Below are positions 25,017-37,300 of a stretch of DNA of 64,000 bases, piece after piece. The position numbers and the translations under genes were made by a program. The stretch's first letter is position 1. Each line of letters starts with the position of its first letter. The stretch covers positions 3,968,001 through 4,032,000 of the forward strand of contig NC_043018.1 of NCBI RefSeq assembly GCF_006345805.1, written 5' to 3'. Below the pieces are notes generated by a model, which was given only the letters and a program-made list of their open reading frames with translations, made no database searches and was not told where the DNA came from. The stretch is from Octopus sinensis (taxonomy: Eukaryota).

Positions 25017-28000
25017 CCTCATTCTCCCTCTAACTCTCTCGGCTTCTCTCTCATTCTCCCTCTTTCTCTCAGCTTCTCCTTCTTACTCTCTCTGCTTCTC
25101 TCTCATTCTCCCTCTTACTCTCTCTCATTCTCCCTCTTTCTCCCTGCTTCTCCCTCTTACTCCCTCTGCTTCTCTCTCATTCTCCCTCTTTCTCTCTCTG
25201 CTTCTCTCTCATTCTCCCTCTTACTCTCTCGGCTTCTCTCTCATTCTCCCTCTAACTCTCTCTGCTTCTCTCTCATTCTCCCTCTTACTCTCTCTGCTAC
25301 ACTCTAATTCTCCCTCTTACTCTCTCAGCTTCTCTCTCATTCTCACTCTTACTTTCTCTGCTTCTCTCTCATTCTCACTCTTACTTTCTCTGCTTCTCTC
25401 TCATTCTCCCTCTTACTCTCTCTGCTTCTCCCTCTTACCCTCTCTGCTTCTCTCTCATTCTCACTCTTACTCTCTTTGCTTCTCACTCATTCTCCCTCTT
25501 TCTCACTGCTTCTCACTCTTACTTTCTCTGCTTCTCTCTCATTCTCCCTCTTACTCTCTCTGCTTCTCCCTCTTACCCTCTCTGCTTCTCTCTCATTCTC
25601 CCTCTTACTCTCTTTGCTTCTCACTCATTCTCCCTCTTTCTCACTGCTTCTCCCTATTACTCTCTCTCTCTCTGCTTCTCTCTCATTCTCCCTCTTACTC
25701 TCTCTGCTTCTCTCTCATTCTCCCTCTTACTCGCTCTGTTTCTCTCTCATTCTCCCTCTTACTCTCTCTGCTTCTCTCTCATTCTCCCTCTTACTCTCTC
25801 TGCTTCTCTCTCATTCTCCCTCTTACTCTCTTTGCTTCTCACTCATTCTCCCTCTTTCTCACTGCTTCTCCTTCTTACTCTCTCTCTGCTTCTCTCTCAT
25901 TCTCCCTCTTACTCTCTCTGCTTCTCTCTAATTCTCCCTCTTACTCTCTCTGCTTCTCTCTAATTCTCCCTCTTACTCTCTCAGCTTCTCTCTCATTCTC
26001 ACTCTTACTTTCTCTGCTTCTCTCTCATTCTCCCTCTTACTCTCTCTGCTTCTTCCCTCTACCCACCCCTCTGCTTCTCTCTCATTCTCCCTCTTACTCT
26101 CTTTGCTTCTCACTCATTCTCCCTCTTTCTCACTGCTTCTCCCTATTACTCTCTCTCTGCACTCTCTCATTCTCTCCCTTTACTCTCTCTGCTTCTCTCT
26201 CATTCTCCCTCTTACTCTCTCTGCTTCCCTCTCATTCTCCCTCTTACTCTCTCTGCTCTCTCTCATTCTCCCTCTTACTATCTCTGCTTCTCTCTCATTC
26301 TCCCTCTTACTCACTTCTGCTTCTCTCTCATTCTCCTCTACTCTCTCTTCTTCTTCTCCCTCTTACTTCTCTCTGCTTCCCTCTCATTCTCCCTCTTACT
26401 CTCTCTGCTTCTCTCTCATTCTCCCTCTTACTCTCTCTGCTCTCTCTGCTTCTCTCTAATCTCCCTCTTACTCTCTCTGCTTCTCTCTAATTCTCCCTCT
26501 TACTCTCTCAGCTTCTCTGTCATTCTCACTCTTACTCTCTCTGCTTCTCTCTCATTCTCCCTCTTACTCTCTCTGCTTCTCCCTCTTACCCTCTCTGCTT
26601 CTCTCTCATTCTCCCTCTTACCCTCTCTGCTTCTCTCTCATTCTCCCTCTTACTCTCTCTGCTTCTCTCTCATTCTCCCTCTTACTCTCTCTGCTTCTCT
26701 CTAATTCTCCCTCTTACTCTCTCTGCTTCTCTCTAATTCTCCCTATTACTCTCTCTCTGCACTCTCTCATTCTCCCTCTTACTCTCTCTGCTTCTCTCTC
26801 ATTCTCCCTCTTACTCTCTCTGCTTCTCCCTCTTACTCTCTCTGCTTTTCTCTCATTCTCCCTCTTACTCTCTCTGCTTATCTCTCATTCTCCCTCTTAC
26901 TCTCTCTGCTTCTCTCTCATTCTCCCTTTTACTCTCTCTGCTTCTCTCTCATTCTATCTCTTACTCGCTCTGCTTCTCTCTCATTCTCCCTCTTACTCTC
27001 TCTGCTTCTCTCTCATTCTCCCTCTTACCCTCTCTGCTTCTCCCTCTTACTCTCTCTGCTTCCCTCTCATTCTCCCTCTTACTCTCTCTGCTTCCCTCTC
27101 ATTCTATCTCTTACTCTCTCAGCTTCTCTCTCATTCTCCCTCTTACACTGCTTCTCTCTCATTCTCCCTCTTACTCTCTCTGCTTCCCTCTCATTCTCCC
27201 TCTTACTCTCTCTGCTTCTCTCTCATTCTCCCTCTTACTCTCTCTGCTTCTCTCTCATTCTCCCTCTTACTATCTCTGCTTCTCCCTCTTACTCTCTCTG
27301 CTTCTCTCTCATTCTCCCTTTTACTCTCTCTGCTTCTCTCTCATTCTATCTCTTACTCGCTCTGCTTCTCTCTCATTCTCCCTCTTACTCTCTCTGCTTC
27401 TCTCTCATTCTCCCTCTTATCCTCTCTGCTTCTCCCTCTTACTCTCTCTGCTTCCCTCTCATTCTCCCTCTTACTCTCTCAGCTTCTCTCTCATTCTCCC
27501 TCTTACTATCTCTGCTTCTCCCTCTTACTCTCTCTGCTTCTCCCTCTTACTCTCTCTCATTCTCCCTCTTACTCTCTCTGCTTCTCTCTCATTCTCCCTC
27601 TTACTCTCTCTGCTTCTCCCTCTTACTCTCTCTGCTTTTCTCTCATTCTCCCTCTTACTCTCTCTGCTTATCTCTCATTCTCCCTCTTACTCTCTCTGTT
27701 ACTCTCTCGCTTCACTCTCATTCTCCCTTTACTCTCTCTGCTTCTCTCTCATTCTATCTCTTACTCGCTCTGCTTCTCTCTCATTCTCCCTCTTACTCTC
27801 TCTGCTTCTCTCTCTCATTCTCCCTCTACCTCTCTGCTTCTCCCTCTTACTCTCTCTGCTTCCCTCTCATTCTCCCTCTTACTCTCTCTGCTTCCCTCTC
27901 ATTCTATCTCTTACTCTCTTTTCTCCTTCCCTCAGCTTCCTCTCTCATTCTCCCTCTTACACTGATCTGCTTCTCTCTCATTCTCCCTCTTACTCTCTCT

Positions 28001-28272
28001 GCTTTTCTCTCATTCTCCCTCTTACTCTCTCTGCTTATCTCTCATTCTCCCTCTTACTCTCTCTGCTTCTCTCACTTGCTCTCTCTGCTTCTCTCTCATT
28101 CTCCCTCTTACTCTCTGCTTCTCCCACTTACTCTCTCGGCTTCTGTCTCATTCTCCCTCTTACTCTCTCTCTGCTTCTCTCTCATTCTCCCTTTTACTCT
28201 CTCTGCTTCTCTCTCATTCTATCTCTTACTCTCTCTGCTGATCTCTCATTCTCCCTCTTACTCTCTCTGCTT
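25017..28272. repeat. 32-bp pyrimidine-rich satellite array (CTCTCTCTGCTTCTCTCTCATTCTCCCTCTTA)n
   Basis: Roughly 100 tandem units, including shortened variants. Confidence 0.95.
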
Positions 28273-28686
28273 CGGAACGATGTTCATGAAACTAGTAGTG
28301 TCATTTCACAACCAAAATCTAATTCTGTTTCTGGTGAGGAAGATGCTTCTCATAGAAACAGTGTCTCCACATCATTAAATTTACCAACAAAGGTTTTACA
28401 GACTCCTTCTCCAAAGCCCTCTGTACAGTCTTCTACACCAGATTCTTTAGATAAGTGGAAACGTAAAAAGTACTATTATTGCAACAAAAAGAAATCGTCT
28501 AACATTTGTCATTCATCTTCAGTTTCCAATCAAGGTGTTGCAGATAAGTCGAACAGGTGTTTACGTTTGGACACTGATTATGAAACTTTTCTCGATCTCC
28601 TTGGTAATAAGCATTCAAAGCGGAAAGCTGGGGTGGATTCCAATGGGGCAGGTTTCTTGACCAAGAGAAGAAGATATAACAACTAA
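28270..28686 (+). CDS. Orphan open frame (138 aa plus stop), Ser-rich with a basic C-terminus; 5' end lost at the satellite
   Basis: Stop-free frame in AT-rich DNA: LRNDVHETSS...QTPSPKPSVQSSTPDSLDKWKRKKYYY...KRKAGVDSNGAGFLTKRRRYNN*. Absent from the ORF track because it has no start codon. Confidence 0.55.
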   Translation, partial: LRNDVHETSSVISQPKSNSVSGEEDASHRNSVSTSLNLPTKVLQTPSPKPSVQSSTPDSLDKWKRKKYYYCNKKKSSNICHSSSVSNQGVADKSNRCLRLDTDYETFLDLLGNKHSKRKAGVDSNGAGFLTKRRRYNN

Positions 28687-29182
28687 AGTCTTCAAACTTC
28701 ATATAGCAAATTAAAAAAATTGGAAGTTTACTTACAAGTACATAAGTTAGTTTAAAGTTTTTATTTGTTTTTTTTTAAGTAGCTTCCAACAAAAATTTCA
28801 TTAAAGTTTTAAAATGTAAAACTAATATATTATTAAAAAAAAAAAAAGGTAAACATTTAAAAAATTATTTTGAGTTAAGTTTTATTGTTCATGCCATTAC
28901 TTTAACATTATCTTGGTCAGTAGATTGCAGCCAACATTAATTAATCCATTGCCTTTGCTGAACTGCTAAGTTACGGATATAAACACACCAACAAAGTGAG
29001 TGAGTGTTTTTTAACAAAATAAACAATTTATTTTTCTAAAAATTTATGTTTCTGGAAAAACAGCGACTGGGTGGCAAAGGGAAAGTGCTAAATATATGCA
29101 AAGGAGAAAACTGTATTAGTTGTGTGATCTGAATGAATGGAAGAAGTGGTGAGGTTATATATATAATGAATTATTGTATATA

Positions 29183-29515
29183 GGCATAAGAGTGGCTGTG
29201 TGGTAAGTAGCTTGCTTACCAACCACATGGTTCCAGGCTCAGTCCCACTGTGTGGCACCTTGGGCAAGTGTCTTCCACTATAGCCACTGGGCCAACCAAA
29301 GCCTTGTGAGTGGATTTGGTAGACAGAAACTGAAAAGAAGCCCATCGTATATATGTATATATATGTGTGTCTGTGTTTGTCCTCCCAGCATCGCTTGACA
29401 ACCGATGCTGGTGTGTTTACATCCGTAACTTAGCAGTTCAGCAAAAGAGACCAATAGAACAAGTTATTAGGCTTACAAAGAATAAGTCCTGGGGTTGATT
29501 TGCACGACTAAAGGT
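29183..29515 (+). mobile_element. CORE-type SINE
   Basis: Same family as 5563-5962. Confidence 0.8.
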
Positions 29516-30003
29516 CATCAGAATAAGTAACCAAAACTGCCTGAACAGGAAGTGAACGATGAATAAGTAGAAACAACGAAAAAAAGAAAAAAAACAGGGG
29601 TGGGGCATCAGGTGTATTGCTGACAAAATTTCAGGAAGCATGGAAGTTATGAAGGATGTAGCAGCTGGTGCAAGTAGTTTATCCCATGCTTCAACAATTC
29701 TGAGCACAAAAATGTGTTTCCAAAAATAATGGGAGTGATTTTTTTCTTTTAGGGGGGGGGGGGGCAATGTCAGATTTGATAAGAAAATAAAGATAAAGTA
29801 GTGGTGACAAGTATGGTAGGTTGATGCAACCCAAACAACTATGAAACACTTTGATGGTATGTACTTAACTGGTGTGATTACGAGGTTGGCTTTGTAACCA
29901 CACTTTGTGGGTTCCGTCCCTTGGGCAAGTGTCTTCTATAACCTCAAGCTAACCAGTGATTGAAAGTAATGCGTGGATACTATGAAAAAGACTATATATA
30001 TAT

Positions 30004-30037
<34 letters not shown>

Positions 30038-31067
30038 ATATATATATAATAATTTAATGTCCATTTTATGCTGGTATGGATTGAACAGTTCAATAGGAAC
30101 CAATGAGCCAGAAGATTGGGCTGAGTTGCAAAATCTGCTTTGACATGTTTCTATGGCTGAATGTGCTTCCTTCTGCCAACCACTCTACAGAGTGTGCTGG
30201 GGGGTTCTTTCATTGACAATAGCACCAGTGAAGTCAACAAGTAACTTGCATAGCAAAATGCTTCAGCTGAGTGGGATATAGTGTTAAGGGAGGTGGTTTT
30301 ATACCAGACATTGAGAGGTTGAAGCATGATAGAGGGACAGGAACAAGTGTCTTGTTGAAGAGGAGAGATACATGGCTTCTCCAACTGGAAAGAGAGAAAA
30401 TAGATAGTGAAGTATCCTCAAGATATAAAATGAATATGAGAGAGAGCAGAGATACAAAACTGAAAGGGATATATCTGTGTGTGTGTGTGTTTGTACACCT
30501 TAACACCTTTTGGGCAAAAGTAATGTTAGCATTTACTTCTATAAATAACACGTCTTATAACTTGGTTGATTCATTGATTTCAAAATCATCATTGTGTAAT
30601 GTGTTTTCCATGCTGTCATCGGTTGGATGGTTTGATCAGAACTGGCAACAAGGAGAGTTGTACCAAATTCCAGTCTGATTTAGCTTGGTTTCTATGGCTG
30701 GATACTCTTTGTAATGCCAACCACTTTATAGTGTACTGGGTGCTCTTTGCATGGCCTGCCATAAGGCTTGAATCAGTTATGGGTTAGCAACAAGAAGAGT
30801 ATCCAGTCATAGATCACTGCTGCATAATAAATCTTATCTACTCCATACTAGCATAGGAAAAGCAACATAATGATTTTGTTTACTCCTAAGGTCATTTATT
30901 ATCAAGTAATGTGTATTTATAAATGACTGCATTATTAAATGTATCCTTTATATTTTTGTATGACAGAAAATTTGGCTGCTATTTCTACAACTTACCTCCA
31001 CTTTTACAAAGTTGATTAAATAACAAAAGTACTCATCTAGGATTATGGATAGGTGGAAATAGGCTAA

Positions 31068-31225
31068 GAACCACATGGTTCCGAGTTCAGTCCCACTGCA
31101 TGGCACCTTGGGCAAGTGTCTTCTACTATAGCCCTGAGCAAACCAAGGCCTTGTGAGTGGATTTGGTAGACGAAAACTGAAAGAAGTCTGTCGTGTCTTC
31201 ATCTTTTGTGCCATTGTCAATTCTC

Positions 31226-31294
<69 letters not shown>

Positions 31295-31625
31295 GTGGCA
31301 CGTAAAAAGCACCCACTACACTCACGGAGTGGTTGGTGTTAGGAAGGGCATCCAGCTGGCTTCCCAGTTGAACCGTCCAACCCATGCTAGCATGGAAAGC
31401 GGACGTTAAATGATGATATTTATATATACATTTGTGTGTTTGTCCCCCCCCCCACACTTGAAAACTGTTGGTGTTTACATCCCCCATAACTTAGCAGTAT
31501 CGCAAAAGGAGCTGATAGAATAAGTACTAGGCTTACAAAGAATGAGTCCTGGGTCAATTTGTTCAACTAAAGGCGGTACTGCAGCATGGCCACAGTCAAA
31601 TGACTGAAGCAGGTAAAAGAGTAAA
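31068..31625 (+). mobile_element. CORE-type SINE with an RTE 3'-end fragment (31290-31417) inside its microsatellite
   Basis: SINE head, then (TA)(TG)n, then the GGTGGCACGTAAAAAGCACC...AAATGATGAT RTE tail, then the SINE tail. Confidence 0.7.
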
Positions 31626-32424
31626 GATGCTGAACCATATTTGTTTTGGCTCTATGTCCCAACAGCAATATTTGCTTACACTGCTAATCTTAGAAAAACA
31701 AAATGTCTAAGCCTGCAAATATTTGTTAAACCATGACTGTGATGGAAACACATCGTTTTAAATTAATCATGCATTATCTTAGTTGCTAGACAAAGTTCAA
31801 AAAAAAAGACCTCTCCCCTAGAGTGGCAGACAGATTATATGATGCTTGTGTATGAAAAGATATGCTGCATGGCAGTGAAATATGGGCCCTGACTACAAAG
31901 GACATACAAAAGTTTGAAAGAAATGAAAAGCTTATAAAAATTTTCGAGGAAAACATTTTTCAGATCTCAGCTGACATATATAATTAACAAAAGATACAAA
32001 AAAAAACGAAAAATAGTTCCAATTTGAAAAAGAACTTGCATATATTTTTTGTTTATATATCACATATATTTATACGATATATGCTTATATAAATAATCAC
32101 TTAAGTAGGTCCTTTTTATATACGGTATTTTTCAAGTAACACAACACACTAGAGTTCTCTCCCGTCGATCGAAAGCCTTAATGCACAGATCAAAGGGAGA
32201 ACTCGTGTGTTGTGTTTACAATATATATATATACTTTATGTATTGATGATAAATATTATACTTTATATATTAATATATTATATTTGATACATATATATAC
32301 ATGGAATGATAGATCAAATTACCATAGGTGAGTCCAGGATTGTGTACTTTATCACCATCTCTGCCACCTTGATCGCACATTCACATAAACAAATGATGTC
32401 CAAGTGAACAGCCTCTCCGGGGAA

Positions 32425-32645
32425 TCACACCCATTGCTTTTCAGATGCTGCTACAGTGTCTTTAATCATTCGTTTTAGTTCATTATATCTTGTATTTGGT
32501 GGATACTGCTTGGAAGCTTCATAATCCTTTTTCAACCTTTCAATTATATGCTTTATGTTCCTGAAAGCCTTCTGGTAGTTTGACAATATGTTCCGTGTGT
32601 CTTCTATGCCATTCTTCAGCATTGTCTTGTCTAATCTTTTCACCT
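32425..32645 (-). CDS. Probable terminal coding exon of an unidentified helical protein
   Basis: Strong acceptor ttttttttctctttgctttttgcag at 32646. Open frame VKRLDKTMLKNGIEDTRNILSNYQKAFRNIKHIIERLKKDYEASKQYPPNTRYNELKRMIKDTVAASEKQWV*. Confidence 0.55.
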
Positions 32646-33369
32646 CTGCAAAAAGCAAAGAGAAAAAAAAAGTTTCAAATTTATCATACAAATCACGTCT
32701 TGTTAAAAACTAATGAATGCCCCCTCGTTATCGAGTATGGCCATTGCGCGAAGCTTAACTGTTATTGGTGCTGTTATCGAATGTGACTTTTATTTGCTTT
32801 TTAAGGCTACAGCCAGCCATTCAGTTGAGACTCACAGCACCATCAACAATCATGAACAATGTTGTTATCGTGCAATGCCTTTGCAGGAAGATTTTTTTTA
32901 AAGTGAGGAAAGGCTGTGCACCGAGTCAATCCCGCTCACTAAGCAACAGCAGCCATAATCCAAAAAGAAGAACAAGTTAACATCATCAGTAACCACTGAG
33001 CCGCAGGTTTTATGTCAGAGTTATCCCAGTTACCTTCTCCTAAAAGGATGCCCTAACAAAGGCTAGGAGTCCTTCAATTCCAATGGTTTAACTGTGCGAT
33101 CAAGTATTCAGTCCAATTATTTCTATGTCCCCACGCATGATACAGCCTTAAGAAGAAAAAAAATTACACATTTATTGGATGGCCGTTGACTCTCAAGAGT
33201 TCCTCCGCCCTTTGACGGGTTTTGTTTTTCATCTCGCAGGGTGTCCAATAAACACCCTCCTCCACAAGCAAGCTTGGTGGGGTTGCCGGTTTATTCGCCG
33301 ACAGCCAGACCATGCAGCAGGTTGTACTGTGTTACATGTTACCAGTAGCACTCAAAAGTGACCTGATAT

Positions 33370-33408
<39 letters not shown>

Positions 33409-33432
33409 CGCACATACATATTTATATATATA

Positions 33433-33723
33433 CTAGCAGTATCGCCCGGCGTTGCTCGGGTTTGTAAGGGAAATAACTATATAAGCATTTTTAGAGATGT
33501 AAAGTATAATAGCCATCTCATTATGGCTAACCACAAAGTGGGGTGTAACTGTAGCTTTTTACGTTCTGAGATTTAATAATACATTTTTAGAGAGTTACTT
33601 CCCTCATATAATAGCAAAAAAATGCATTACAAATGGGAAAATATGATGGTAATTTTTTTTTTATATCGTAGACTCATCGTAGACGCGCGCTAATACCCAG
33701 AAGGGCTCGATATGAATCACGAC
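33433..33723 (-). mobile_element. Non-autonomous Helitron 3' half, truncated by satellite
   Basis: CTAG end with the CCCGAGCAACGCCGGG hairpin. Nearly identical to part of 44812-45206. Confidence 0.75.
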
Positions 33724-34326
33724 TTCTCGGCTTCTCTCTCATTCTCCCTCTTACTCTCTCTGCTTCTCTCTCATTCTCCCTCTTACTCTCTCTGCTTCTC
33801 TCTCATTCTCCCTCTTACTCTCTCTGCTTCTCTCTCATTCTCCCTCTTACTCTCTCTGCTTCTCTCTCATTCTCCCTCTTACTCTCTCTGCTTCTCTCTC
33901 ATTCTCCCTCTTACTCTCTCTGCTTCTCTCTCATTCTCCCTCTTACTCTCTCTGCTTCTCTCTCATTCTCCCTCTTTCTCTCTGCTTCTCCCTCTTACTC
34001 TCTCTGCTTCACTCTCATTCTCCCTCTTACTCTCTCTGCTTCTCTCTCATTCTCCCTCTTACTCTCTCTGCTTCTCTCTCATTCTCCCTCTTACTCTCTC
34101 TGCTTCACTCTCATTCTCCCTCTTACTCTCTCTGTTTCTCCCTCTTACACTCTCTGCTTCTCTCTCATTCACCCTCTTACTCTCTTTGCTTCTCTCTCAT
34201 TCTCCATCTTATTCTCTCGGCTTCTCCCTCTTACTCTCTCGGCTTCTCTCTCATTCTCCCTCTTACTCTCTCGGTTTCTCTCTCATTCTCCCTCTTTCTC
34301 TCTTCTTCTCCCTCTTACTCTCTCAG
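33724..34326. repeat. Second array of the 32-bp satellite
   Basis: Same unit as 25017-28272. Confidence 0.95.
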
Positions 34327-37300
34327 CGACCGATGCCGTAAGGCTGTCACGAGATACACGCGGTCGATACAGCGACGTGGTCCATCCCGTAAATTCCCGA
34401 TGCCGTCAGTCGCCGGGAGTGTGTGGCGATATGGACCGGGTAAATACAGCGACGTGGTCAGAACCGTAAGTTAAACAAATCAGACCCGAAAGCTTCTGGG
34501 TCTGATAGTCACGCTCTAGGTGATCGTCGCAACCCAAGGGGGTCCAGACGACTATGGTGTGTTGTGGATGATCTGCATAAGTGACCGTCAGAATGGGACT
34601 TTCTCGTCGCCCATTACTGCCATCGGTTAGCTCCCCGTTTGTCGGTGCAAGATGGCCTCTACACGGTAGTGGGTGAACAATCCAACGAAGGATCAAAAAG
34701 CGACATCAAGAGGCGGGCAAAGGCGGACGTCAAGAGGCGGGCGAAGGCGGATGTGAAGATGCGGGCGAAGGCGAGCGTCAAAAGACGGGCGAAGGCTGGT
34801 GAACGCTGCGTCTGAAAGTTGGGTGGTGTGGCGGCGGAAATTCGAGGACGCGCCAGCCGCGTAGAGTCGATCTTGCACCGGCAAACGGGGAGCTAACCGT
34901 TGGCAGAAATGGGCGACGAGAAAATCCATTTCAGACGGTCACCTATGCCGATCAGCCACAACCCTACATAGTAGTCTGGACCACCTTGGGGTGCGACGGT
35001 CACCTAGAGCGTGACTATCCAGCGGGGGCCGACCAACAAGCTTACGGGTCTGATTTTTTTAACTTACGGGTCGGACCACGTCGCTGTATTTACCCAGTGC
35101 ATATCGCGACAGACTCCCGGCGACTGACGGCATCGGGAATTTACGGGACGGAGCACGTCAATGTATGGACCGCGTGTATCTCGTGACAGCCTTTCGGCAT
35201 CGGTCGAGGGTACGTCCACGTGTACGTGTGCGATACCGCTACCTTTGGTTCGTTCTTTCGATACGGCCACGGTAGCGAGGCGGAGGTCCGGGCGACTGGC
35301 GCAGGCCTGTCGCTTTCGACCCCTACCTATACTAGCCGCAGTTGTCATCTTTCGGGAATTTACGCGAAGGAATGCGCCGCTGTATCGACCGCTTGTATCT
35401 CTTGACAGCCTTCCGGCATCTGTTGCGGCTATGTCCACGTGTACGTGGGCAATACTTCGGGCATCAATTCGTTCTTAATAGGTCGGGCACGGTAGCGCAG
35501 CGAAGCTCCGGGCGACTCGCAAAACCTGCCGCTGTCGGCCCCTACCTATACTAGCCGTAGTTGTTATATTTCGGGAATATTCGGGACGGCCCACGTCGCT
35601 GTATTGACCGTGTGTATCTCGTGATACATAGGTCGCGGGTACGTCCACGTGTACGTGGGCGATACCGCTAGCTTAGGTTCGTTCCTTCGATAACGGGCAA
35701 GGTCGCGCGGCGGAGGTCCGGGCGACTGGCGCAGGCCTGACGTAGGCCTGACGCAGGCGGCACTACCTATTCTAGCTACAGTTGTCATCTTTCAGGAATT
35801 TTCGCGAAGGAACACGTCGCTGTATCGACCGCATGTATCTCGTGACAGACTTCCGGCATCTGTTGTGTCTACGTCAAAGTGTACGTGGGCGATTATGCGA
35901 GCTTAGGTTCGTTCTTTCGATATCGGGCACGGTAACGCGGCGGAGCTCCGGGTGACTGGCGCAGGCCTGGCGCCACCCTGCCTCTGGCTGCTCTTACCTA
36001 TACTAGCCGCAGTTGTCATCTTTCGGGAATTTATGGGACGGACCACGTCACTGTAACAACCGCATAGCCGCTCTACCGTGCCCGATATCGAAAGAACGAA
36101 CCTAAGCTAGCGGTAACGCTCAATTACACGTGGACGTCTCCGCGAGAGATGCCGGAAGGCTGTCACGAGATACACGCGGTCGATACAGTGATGTTGTCCG
36201 TCCCGTAAATTCCCGAAAATGACAACTGCGGCTAGTATAGGTAGGGGCCGCCATCGGGACGTTTGCGCCAGGCCTGCGCCAGTCGCCCGGAACTCCTCCG
36301 CGCTACCTTGCCCGATCTAGTAAAACCGAATCGAAGCTTGCAGTATCACAAACGTACACATGGACGTAGCCGCGACCGATCCCTTCAGTCGCCTGGAGTC
36401 TGTGGCGATATGCACCGGGTAAATACAACGACGTGGACCGACCCGTAAGTTAACGGAAACCAACCCGTGAGTTTACGGGTCGGCCCACGCTGGATAGTCA
36501 CGCTCCGCCGCGCAACCCTGCCCGATATCGAAAGACCGAACCTAAGCTAGCGGTATCGCCCACGTACACTTGGACGTACTCGCGACCGATGCCGGATCTC
36601 TGTCATGAAATACACGCAGTCGATACAGCGACGTGGTCGGTCCCGTAAATTCATGAAAGATGACTACTGCGGCTAGTATAGGTAGGCGCTGCCAGCGGCA
36701 GACCTGCCCCAGTCGCCCGGAGCACCGCCTCGCTAGCGTGGATTATCTAGTTAGAACAAATCGAAGCTAGCAGTACCGCCCATGCACACGTGTACGTAGC
36801 CGCGACCGATCCCGTCAGTCGCCGAGAGTCTGTGGCGATATGACGCGGTCCGACCTGTAAGTTTAAAAAATCAGACCCTTAACCTTGTGGGTCGGCCCCG
36901 GCTGGATAGTCACGCTCTACGTGGCCGTCGCTCCCCAAGGGGTTCCAGATTATATTGAGTGCTAGCAGTCTGCAGGTGAATGTCTCCGGGATCGTTCGGC
37001 ATGATGTCTGAGACGTCAGCCTGAGACGCCGTGAGCCCGGCGGGTGGCCGCCGCTTTAACGCCACCTCGTTTTCCCTGTTCGACTACGCGCTGCGCTACC
37101 GTGCTCGATATCGAAAGAACGAATCTAAGCTCGCGGTATAACCCACGTACACGTGGGCGTACCCGCGACCGATGCCGGAAGGCTGTCACGAGATACAAGG
37201 GAATTTACGCTAAGGAAAACGTCGAAAGATAACTGTGGCTAGGATAGGTATGGGCCGCCAGTAGTTGGGTTGCGCCATCCTTTCCCTGTTCGACTACGCG

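Noticed and set aside
25017-28272. 32-bp repeats as a CRISPR array
   Set aside because: The units are contiguous with no unique spacers, there are no cas genes and the context is eukaryotic.
25005-28378. Ser/Leu-rich ORFs (also 33712-34341)
   Set aside because: These are translations of the stop-free 32-bp satellite.
28499-28702. Minus-strand 67-aa ORF
   Set aside because: It is the antisense shadow of the longer plus-strand open frame.
32327-32427. Open frame continuing past TGA to a possible donor
   Set aside because: It is short enough to be chance, and an ordinary stop plus 3' UTR is simpler.
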